Assembly (NCBI GenBank): GCA_030141605.1
Contig: JAQGDQ010000351.1
Span: 62,001-126,000 of the forward strand
Length of the DNA stretch: 64,000 nucleotides
Reading direction: 5' to 3'
DNA from: Tubiluchus corallicola
Taxonomy: Eukaryota; Animalia; Priapulida
How positions within the stretch are numbered: the stretch's first letter is position 1; each line of letters opens with the position of its first letter. A model generated the notes under the pieces. That model searched no databases. It worked only from the letters and a program-made list of their open reading frames with translations, and was not told where the DNA came from. Shown here piece by piece: positions 1 through 48,225 of this stretch. A program made the position numbers and the translations under genes.

Positions 1-114
1 ATAAAATATACACGCGAAAAATTTGCTACAAGCTATAATTTAAACCATACAGATTATTGGTCATTTTCTCTAAAAGCCCTCCACTACATCACCATATTTA
101 AAGGAACGACATGA

Positions 115-120
115 TTTATT
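115..120 (-). terminator. Distal AATAAA polyadenylation signal
   Basis: tttatt on plus at 115-120; T/GT-rich downstream on minus. Confidence 0.4.
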
Positions 121-1766
121 TGCAAGTTCACAAAACGAATACGAAATAAAAAAATGCTAAGAATTCCTGCTCAAGTTTCCAGTTTTCGTTACTTAAAAGT
201 CAGGCGTGTAAAGGTGCATTTTACCAGATTGTGAAGTATGGGAAATGAGTCATCTTTTAAGTTGAAATTCGCTCCGGTTTTCTTTATATTCAACCCAATG
301 CAAGTAAATTCATAGTTCTCTATAATCCTAATATCTGACTAGATCTATAGTTTCTAATGAACGTTATTGGTACGATACGTTTTTTAAAATTAATTTTTCC
401 GGCATGCTCAGCCATCAAAGAGTCATAGGCATGAAAGCATATGAACTGATATTTCAGCTACGAAAAAAACAGAGCATGCCTCTAACTAGAATTTTTTTAA
501 TGAGGCTAATAAGCCAGTGGAACTAAACACTAAGTGTGTTTAATAATTACAGCAAGTGCATCAGTAAGTAGCATTTTGTTCGTAGTTGAATCAGTGCATA
601 GTAAAATTGATACGCCTGTAAACTTGTGCAAGAAGTACTGTCACTAAAGATGGCAAAAATTACTGTAAATATCACTGATAGTTCAAAAAATGCTGACATA
701 TGTGATGCGAACACAAGCCTATCGCACAAAGGATTGTGGTTAACACAAAAGCATAAGTAGATACTTGACTGTAAGAAATTGTACTTAAGTAAATCTTGAT
801 AAAAACTCTTTAGAAAATAACGTGTGACAAAATTTTTTACTATTTTGTGATGATTTAATTATTGTGAATCTGTATTCTTAAGTACTTCTAAGTAAGCACA
901 TTGGACCAAGCATTTGTCTACAGTTTTTTGACACTACACAATTCAGCAGTTTTTGGATCACTCACACGAAATCTAAATCTTGAGACTAGTCGATTAACAT
1001 CAACATTACATTATAACAATACTGAAACATGAAGTTTATGCCTTGCAATAAATTTGGGAGTATGTTAACCTACATTCGATTTCTCTACAACCTGTGATAA
1101 CTGTAAAAGCAACACATAGTAAAAATATGGATCACTTTCTCTCAATATCTGTACACATCAATTGTCACAATATTATACGTCTGCAGGTTAAATACTTCGT
1201 GTAAAGTAAGATAAGAGAATATTCATTTGGTCCTGAATAATAGTTAAAAACACAAATGAAATACAGAAAGATTAAAACATGACGACTGTACAGGGTTGTA
1301 TTTACACACTTGAGCCACCGAGCTCTTTGTTGATGCATCGCGAAGCCGTTGCCTTTTCCATTTTTACAGCTGCAATTGTACAACACAGTGACTGCCACAT
1401 TGAATCGCTGATGGTAAATAACTTGTCCGCTTCTTTGTTAATGGAGGTACATTCAAGCAGTACATTATATTAAATCACTCGTAACTTCGTCCACATGATT
1501 AAAGTTAATCACTGATGCTGTCTAGAACTGAATTGGCTGCATTTCCCTCATCAGGGTTTCACAACGCGTACTACATATATATTTTCCACAACACAATTTG
1601 CAACAAATCTGACCACTGGTTAATCGTTTTGCATAAACAAGTAACAAATATGCAACGTGCACCTGCATCAGTTTCCATTTGACGACTTACGAAACGAACA
1701 CGAATTTCTTACTCGGATCAAAGGCAAGGCCATGCACATTCAACAATAACAGTCTGCGGTGGTGCT

Positions 1767-1772
1767 TTTATT
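1767..1772 (-). terminator. Proximal AATAAA polyadenylation signal 2 nt after the stop codon
   Basis: Minus strand reads TAA-AC-AATAAA followed by a U/GU-rich TGTTATTGTTG stretch. Confidence 0.35.
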
Positions 1773-1774
1773 GT

Positions 1775-39121
<37,347 letters not shown>

Positions 39122-40435
39122 AACGATGCTGAGTGACACCTGAAAAATTAATTTGAAATGAAATCAATGAAAATCTAATTCTGATAGGGTTGATAACAAA
39201 TAATAAAGAGAGTTTCTCACGAAAGGGAAAAGCAGCAATCACCAGTAGATACTAAAAATTGATAATCGGTAATTCTATGACATTGCTTGAGCAGTGCAAA
39301 CGTTATATCAAATCTGTGCACTAAGTTGCAATAAATGCTTAAATTACATGTAAATTCAACTGAATGCACTGAATGCCTGACTACACATCGTACACGCAGA
39401 TCGAGGCCATGAAGTTGGAACAAGAAGAACGTAAAGAATGTTGATATGGTTGGAAAACGAATTAATGCAACTGGTCTTATAATTGGCAAGTTTGTAATCA
39501 GTTCATGTATTACATGTGTATACAGTTTTAGGCTTATGGCATACATCAGTGTTTGATGCTGTTTTTATATTCCGTAAAATGTTACGATGATTTTGTACTG
39601 GTATTTGTTTTTGGTATTTTGTATGTAATGACTGTGTGCACTTGTAAAGGTTTTCGCCAAATAAATTATAAATTATAATGAACCTTGAGAAACCAACAAT
39701 ATAAATTATAACATTTGAATCGCAAGTGTTCTTGATGGCACGCACCGCACAGTCTGTTAAATCAGGCATTTTTTAAACTAACATTTTCTCAATAGAAATC
39801 AGTAATAACACCTATGCTTCACGTTTGTTTTCTCTATACAATATGCATATCAACTGCATTAACATAAGAGATCCTTCTTTCATCCTTCATTCATAAGAGA
39901 TCTGTACTCGGTAGACACGGCACGTACAGAAAAGCCTACTCACTACTCCTAATTCCCTGCAATCCCGTGAATCCACCCGCTAATAAAACGAGCGCCAAAC
40001 CGCCCAATCAATCAACAATCAGCAATACTACAGATATGAAACTGATATAAATAATTCATGGTGATGGTGGAAGGAAAGTACGGGCGCTGCCGCACGCTGT
40101 TGCTCAATCCCAAGCAGCGGCTTCCTTGAGCAGTCAGCTCGAACGCAGTCATGGTTTCAGCTTAAACCTGAAAAATGTTTTAAGCTCAAGGGCACATTGA
40201 GCCATTTCATACAACATAGATCGCTAAGTATGCTGCTTGTTTGGGTCGCCAAAACTCAAAAGAATCAATTCCCGCGCCGGAGACTTGCATGCTAGCGCAA
40301 AACGGCAAATAAATAAATTAATGTCGTTATCGTCATTACCATCGCTGTTATACTACTATCAGAACCGAGGAAAAGGCATGTGAAAAACGTGGGTGGCAGA
40401 CCGCTGCTTGCGAACAATGACAGTAAGCTAACAAA

Positions 40436-40975
40436 AGTGTTCAGCGAAGCCTAACTCTTCCAAGCAGAGGCTGTCAAATAAAGCCCAACTTTTTCAAGCA
40501 GAGGCTGTCAAATGAAGCCCAACTTTTTCAAGCAGAACACTGTCAAATGAAGCCCAACTTTTTCTAGCAGCACACTGTCAAATGAAGCCCAATATTTTCC
40601 AACAGAACACTGTCAAATGAAGCCCAACTTTTTCCAACAGAACACTGTCAAATGAAGCCCAACCTTTTCCAACAGAACACTGTCAAATGAAACCCAACTT
40701 TTTACAGTAGAACACTATTAAGCAAAGTCCAACTTTCCCTGTATAACATTGTCAAATGAAGCCAACTTTTTTCAAGCAGAACACTGTCAAATAAAGAAGT
40801 CCTTTTGCCAGAAGAACGCTATCAAATGAGGCTCAACTTTTTCTGCTACAAACTGTCAAATGAAGCTCAACTATTCCAGAAAAATGCTGTCAACTGAAAG
40901 CCAGTTTTTTCAACAATACGTTATAAATTGAAACCCAACTATTACAGAAGAACACAGTCAAACGAATATCAATTC
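40436..40975. repeat. 35-bp minisatellite, ~15 copies
   Basis: Unit tgtcaaatgaagcccaactttttccaacagaacac; starts at 40611, 40646, 40681 are 35 bp apart; degenerate towards both ends. Confidence 0.93.
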
Positions 40976-43900
40976 CCATTTTTCTTCAATTTCAAGAGTA
41001 TTACAACATAGCAAACACATGTATGTATAACCGCATTACATACAAAACAATGCAAGGTATCGTTTTTTGACACACCCATAAACAACTGCATGTTTACTAG
41101 TAACTACGTTTAAGCACAGACTGAAACATGCATAATTTTTCATTTAAATAATTAAAACACTCGTATATGTATGCTACATTTTCATGAAAGTTTGATGATT
41201 TTAGATTTTAAATTACAGGGTTAAGTCATTTACATATCAGTCTTCTTAGCATTATAGAATCAATTATGATTTCATAAATGCAATCAAGTGAAAAATAAAT
41301 TAAATGAAACTGAATCAACTAAAAGGTTTTCGTCTAGGTGCAAAGATACTGTGTAAGCGTTATCTCGTTTTTCCACTCAAGAGACCTCCAGTGGCTGAAC
41401 GAGAAATTTCCTGAACGCATGGCATTTAATCAACCTGTAGAAAATAGGGTACATGTCCTAGCAGAGACACTTTTCATTTGCTTTTTAGTTTATTTCGCTT
41501 ACAATGTCACGTGACTATAAATTATACAACTTCAGAACACAAACAAAGTTAACATACAAATTTCACAATATTTCAGATCTTGGACGGACCCTATTGGTCG
41601 AAGATTTTACTAACCCCTTTTATTTTATGCATACACCTGTACACACATATATGCATATGTACAGGTTTTAGGGTTACCAACTTTTTTATGAGGTATTTAC
41701 TTTTTAATAAATAGTGTGCAATTTCTTTTACTGTTCTATATCTTTTTTAGGAAAATAAAGGTGAGCACGAAAACACGAAAGAAAAAGACGGTGCCTAGCC
41801 TCCTCCGTGCACAAATGCATAAATCTGTTAAACGGTGACGGTAAATGGCTGTGAGAACACAAGCTTATGCTGGAAAAAATTCAGTCTTGGGGATTAGGGA
41901 ATTAATAACTAGGGCACCATGCACGTTACCTGCTGCAATATAGAGCAGACCATTAATCACAACACAGGTTAGCACTTCACTTAGGGCGCTTGATTAGAAG
42001 AGGAAATGCACGAGCTCAATGACATCGCGACACTCTCCAAATACAAGTGCATCACTAAAACCCCATCTTTAAGTTCTAGCCTAGTCATTGATGCTCAAAT
42101 GCAGTCGTTGAGCCACTGTGGAACGGCTGGAGTTGAGTGGGGTGAGTGGGGGAGGTAAATCAAAAAGAAGAAAGTTTAACACTTTACCCAAATTAATACA
42201 ACGCCAAATAAAGCACACGCTCTCACTATGCAAGGTATATTTCCGAAATTCCTTACTATATGTAGGTCAAACATATGTTTTAAACTGAATTTAAACTGAA
42301 TGTTTATATAGTATGGGTGTTCTTTCACATTTCTTAAAAAATCTTGTATATATTGTGCAAATGTGTCCGCTATAGCTGACTATGACAAATAAGGTTTAAA
42401 TACACAATTATATACAGTTTATGAAATTTAGTTTTTCAACAGTACGTTGTAACTACCCATAAAAAGAAAGGGAACTTATAAAGAAATAAACATAATGATA
42501 CGTAATAATAAATATGTAAGGTAAGCACAACCATCGTCCTCAAAGTTAAGCATAAAGCCAATGCCAAATACTGATGCTCAATCGATGACAATAATTACAA
42601 TATTCAAACCAAACTGAATTAAACGAATTAAATATCCTTGCAGATATTGGAAAATTTTACATCGTATTAGTTTCGTTGTTAATTTTTCTGTTAGAGTTAG
42701 AGATTTTCCCACGTGTTTTCACCTGAAGCCAAGTACCAGAAGCATTCTACAATATACATCACTTTGAAGTAGTTAACGAAACTTTGAGTTCAAATCCAGA
42801 CTGCTGTGACTTTATTTACATTTCCTTTTAACCAAAAATTAAATATTGCAGGTCCATTCCATCAAAATACTTGCTGTCGTGAAAAACAGCAATAAACCAA
42901 CCCACACATTATTTCTCCTGTCGATATACATATAGCATATATTACTGTGTCATATTTCACGCAATTTTATTAAGCGACACGCGGAGAAAGCGCAATATAC
43001 AAACGCACCGTTTCGGATCAATTTCGCCTTAGCCACTGAATTTTAGCAAAACTCAATTATAATGAACCGGCGTCGAGCGCAAAAATCTTACAAACACAAA
43101 ATCGAAACTAGAATTTTTGCGAGACTCAAATCTTCCTTCGCGAAGGTCATGACTCATTACTGCGTTGTTATCGCTGTTCTCATATTACTGCAAAAGCCAA
43201 AATAACAATCTAGCAAATTATATGAATTAAAAAACTGTATACTCTTTGAGGTCCTCAGTGACGCCTTATATGTGATTTCTGCCAATTCTAACGCAAGACG
43301 GCTTATCCAGACACATGAAAATTCAAAATTACAATAATTTTTATTTTCATGTTTTAATCGCTTTCGGGCAACTATGATGTGTTAAAGGAAGATAGGCTGA
43401 CTTTTCATATACTACCCTACTTTCAAGTCCAATAAAAAGTACACATTTTAGCACAATTAATACTGCAAAAGCGTTGCTGATAACTAAATAATAGATTAAA
43501 AAACTTAATTAACAGCGGGCGAGCCCAACTATTGATGACATCACAAACTAACATAATTTTCAACAGCAAAAGTGTTCCATGAGCGTGTTGCACTTGTTTG
43601 CGAAAGCGAAAATTGAAGTACAGTGCTACTGTAAGATATCCAGCGTGTTGTACTAAAGCTAGCCAAGTTTTATAATAAAAACTCAAATTTCAAATTTACC
43701 ACTGTGTTCACGCATGAGCTGTCGAACGTGTGTAGTTCGTCACAAACCAACGCATCTGAACTGAGAGGTACACTACCTGTTTTTTGTGCCATGCGTTTCC
43801 AAAATGCAGTCTAACTAGAGAATGGCGAAATGCATGTAACAGCGAAAAGCTAGCGCCGCTAACACGAAACTGTGTTTGTGTGGTAATAATTCTTTCACGT

Positions 43901-46039
43901 AAATCATTTTCGAAAAAAATAGTATGTTTCCATTTAATATTTTAAAGAGTAGATTGTTTTGACCTACAGGTTAAGATTGGGTCCGGTTTTGCTTTAATAG
44001 CGGCCAATTAAAAAATAGTTATTTACTTATTACGATTCTACATGCCCAAGAACTACATTCAGGAATAATAACCGAACAATCGCTTTTTCCAGGCAAAAAA
44101 CTCCAAAAACTTTACACTAAAACGTTAATGATGTCATTCCTTTTTCTTTAAATTTAACAATTAACATTTTATAGGTTGCTTTAAAAACAGAGATATTAAC
44201 GTTTTTTTAAATAAAACAAAACAATATTCATTGGAAAAAGCTTTAAATTTCTCAAAAAAAATTATTGGAAAACAGAACGAGCGTATATAACAATGGCGGC
44301 AAAAATGGGACCACGTTAAACGTTTTCTTTACCATACAAAGCAACCACGCTTTCAATAATGTAACCATACTGTGTGAAGAACGCGAGTAGCCATGGCCAC
44401 CAAACCGCAACAAAATCTACAATGCGCTCTCAGCGTTTTCCCAAGACTTGAAAGAGGATTAATACAATTACATTTTATAATTCCTCATACTGCAAAACGT
44501 CTGCAACGAGATTTGTTTATTTCACGTCTCGCTCTGGCGTTCCTTTTTTTGAATCACCGATGCAGCATCACGTGAAAGGAATTTATTAATGCCGCAATTT
44601 ATTTAATAAATAAGTAAGTTAACCGCGTTCACACAGTGGCCATCATGTATAGACTAGTTCACACTTGCGCGGAGAAGAAAACCGCAGTTCAATTCAATTA
44701 TGAGAATAATCGATATCAGAGTTTTTTCGCACAAATACAAACAAAACTCCTCCATTTTCTCCTATGTTGGATCAAGGATGACTACTGTTGCCATTTCAGT
44801 TTCCCTTAGAAATAAATGTGAACCCAGGTTGCAGCTTTTATATAATTATTGTAGATAAAAAGAGAGCAACCGTTCAAACTAAATAACACTAAAACTCAAC
44901 AATGGATACGACCTATTAACTACATAAAATTATTCCCAAGGTAGCAGCCAGGTCCTTTTTAATTAGGTTAAATCACTAAACCCATCCCACCACTCACCCC
45001 CCGGTAATGGAATCACCCATTAATTAGTGCGCTGATGACTTGCTTGCTAGCTATATATTAATTATACCGTGGCTCATTGAGTAATAGTGTTAATATTGCA
45101 CAGTTGCTGCAACAATATTTACACAAAATGCCTTCAGCTTGAGGTGGCTTCATTCTGCAGACTTCCATAGAAACCACTGCTGGACGAAACCATACGAGAG
45201 CGAGAGGGATGGCGCTGTTGAATGAAGCTTCAACGAGCAATCAAAAACATGCTCGCAAATGGGAATTAACTAACTATAAATCTATTATAAATTATTAATT
45301 AATTAATCCAATTGTTGATGTAGGCGTCTTAAGTAACAGATAAGGGCATCCATTCATTCTTCACTTAAAACATTACCCAGATATTGAAAAAACATCATCA
45401 TAATGCCATTTTCTTAATTTTCTATTCACGTGAATCAAATAATTATTTTAAAGAGAACCACAGAAAGGGACTTCACGAAAGTGAAAAGCGTAGAAATGTA
45501 CTTATGCATCTGTAAAAGAATTTCAATATCGTAGAATTATAGACATAGAATTCAAAGATAATATGTTTTACAAAAATGTTTCTAAGCAAATATTATAATT
45601 TTCGCAACCTCAAATTAATTCTGCAGTGTCTCTTGTCATGATATTATGATTCTTGAAAGTCATTCAGCAATATTACATTGTACAATGTCTACTCTACTCT
45701 ATAATGCACTTTATTAAGAGAATAAGCTAAAACATTTAATGGCCTATTTAGCAGTGTAGATATTTTACAGTGTTCATGGTGGATGGCAGGTGATGTTTCA
45801 GAGTACATAACAGTTCTGATATACACGACGCATCTGTAATGGATGCAAACTAGATTTAGTTTGCACACGCGTGTGAAGAAGCCATTTCATCTCCATTGAA
45901 GAAAATGGTACGCTGGTCTTTAAAGGAAGCCTTGCGTTTGTGCTAGCATGGCCTGTCACTACACAGCTTCATTGCTAAGGTAACCAGCACAGGCTGGCAG
46001 ATCACAAACTTGCAATCTCCGAGCTACTTAATCAATAAA

Positions 46040-46562
46040 CAGCATTAAACTGAAGAGGAGGGAAAGCCTATTATTGGCGAGGGTGGATGGTGGTCAGTGA
46101 TGCTCGTACAACATTAAATTAATGAAGAAGGAAAATCATTATTGCCGAGAGGTGGGCGGTGGTTAGCGATGTTTGTGCAACATTAAACTGAACAGGAGTG
46201 AAAATCTATTAATGCCAGGAGGTGGACAGTGGTCAGTGATGTTCGTACAACACTGAAATGAAGAACTGGGGAAATCTGTGTGGGAAATGTGGGTAATTAT
46301 CGAGGCGTGTGCAGTGGTCAGTAATGATCGTACAACATTAAACTGAAGAAGAGTCTGTTATTGTCGAGGTGTGGAGAGCCGTCACTGAGACATCTATAGC
46401 ATTAGAAATATCTGTTACTGTCGAGGGATTGGACTAGTTAGTAACGCCACTAGCTTACTACAGAATTGGAAGAAGACAACGATTAGCTATTATTGCAATA
46501 AGTGGACAGGCAACGATGAATATTTAAGTGAAACGACAAATGAAAAACTTACCATTGCCGAA
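46040..46562. repeat. Degenerate ~69-70-bp tandem repeat, ~6-7 copies
   Basis: Unit cattaaactgaagaggag.gaaaatctattattgccgagaggtggacggtggtcagtgatgttcgtacaa; unit starts at 46043, 46112, 46181, 46251, 46336. Confidence 0.85.
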
Positions 46563-46591
46563 TATTTATATTCACCAACAAACAAGTGCTT
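46553..46591 (-). other. Candidate upstream ZMIZ exon (39 nt) ending in an in-frame ATG
   Basis: ttttggtttcatttag|AAGCACTTGTTTGTTGGTGAATATAAATATTCGGCAATG|gtaagt: strong acceptor and consensus donor; terminal ATG is in frame with the exon starting at 39139 (M-VSLSIV-MMDRH). Confidence 0.55.
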
Positions 46592-48013
46592 CTAAATGAA
46601 ACCAAAACATGTACACAGACTTATACATTATGTGGGTACACGTATAAAGTGACGTAAATGTAAAACCTAAATGTTGTGATAAAAACGTGACTGTATAGTT
46701 TAATCTCAAAGTAGGTTGATTACCACGCAAATATACTATAAATCACTATAAATATAGTATCATCCCCAGCTTAAGTACCGCAGTCACTGCCATTGTCACC
46801 CCGCCATCATTCGTTGTTGTTACACTCGACAGTGTCATTGTTGTCGTAGCCACGATTATTATAACAATATCTACAATTCTGTATCTCACTTGACTTTAAC
46901 CATGAGGTTCTGCATTTTAGAGCTGTCGAAAAGGCTTTGAGCAAAAAAGTACAAAAAGCATAAAATGTGCAACACATTCATTTAAGTCAGTCAGTCAGTG
47001 CAACAAACATTACTTAGCTAATTACAACGAAAATCTTTTACCAAATGTACTAAACTCAATAGCATCAGTAACAGAATCATGATATTATGACAGATATTTC
47101 CCAGTAGTATCATAATGTGCCGAAATTGCAGGATGCAGTCCCAGCCAATCGTTGAATAAATAAATCATAAATCACTTTACTACTTTACTAGCCCCTCTCG
47201 CATGCGCACACCCCCGCTGGCATTCAAATGTAATTGTCCCTGACAGTCAGTGATTCAGTGTATTATAAATATCGACCACTAGCCGCCAATAACATCGGCA
47301 TAATGTTATGATCGGGACAAAGCAGGCTGTAATACGCTGACATTATCCACTTCTTGCGGCTATTATTGATATGCTCGGGCTGTAAACACCTAGGTGTATA
47401 CTGTGACAACAGGCAACGTGATTTAATTCGCAGGAAAATAATTAAGGCGAATTTTACAATAATACGCCTAATATCGGATAAATAGGGGCAAGGCATTTAA
47501 TAGACTACTGACGAAAGGGGCGCATGGCTGCACAGTAACTTCATAAAGAAGCCAAAATTGGGAGAAGACATACAATGAAAAGAATGCCTTCCATAAAATT
47601 TAAGAAGCCGAATGAAAATTAACATGCAAAAATCACATTAATTTATTTAATTAATTGACTAATTAGTTCAAACTGGACTTTAACCACGACAAAGGTTTCT
47701 GAACGGCAAACACTGAAATAATCATCTTTGCGGTTTCCGTTTATGAGATGGCTCATAAAACTTAAAAAACGTAATTCGAAAATTAAAGTATTTAGTTAAA
47801 GTTATTAGCTTCATTTTTTAATACTCCCGTCAGTAACATATAGGTACTTCAGCAATCACTCAACAAGTACATTCGGGTAGTAGCGGCAGCTGAATACCTC
47901 AGAAACAAAGTCATCACGATACAGCCTCCGTGTTTAAATTCTCTCGTTCGCTCACTCACTCATTTATCAATCATTTACTCACTCAACAACTCACTTGTTT
48001 CTCCCATGAGTGC

Positions 48014-48131
48014 GAGAGAAAGAGGAGGGGGAGAAAGAAAATGAGAGAGAGAGAGAAAGAGAGAGAGGGGGGAGAGGGAGGGAGAAAGAGAAAGGGGGAG
48101 GAGGGAGATAGAGAGAGAGAGAAAGAGAGTG

Positions 48132-48223
<92 letters not shown>
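48014..48223. repeat. GA-rich purine tract followed by (GT)n microsatellite (~47 units)
   Basis: Direct reading; GT run 48129-48223. Confidence 0.97.

Positions 48224-48225
<2 letters not shown>

Larger units (their letters stand above)
115..1774 (-). other. Probable ZMIZ 3'UTR
   Basis: AT-rich sequence after the stop; AATAAA (minus) at 115-120; TGTAAATA Pumilio-type element at 1299-1306. Confidence 0.55.

Noticed and set aside
39944-40167. Possible additional 5'UTR exon (acceptor tttttcag at 40168, donor GTGAGT at 39938-39943)
   Set aside because: Weak exonic donor context and no independent support.
40436-40975. CRISPR-like periodicity
   Set aside because: Head-to-tail 35-bp units with no unique spacers, eukaryotic intronic context, no cas genes.
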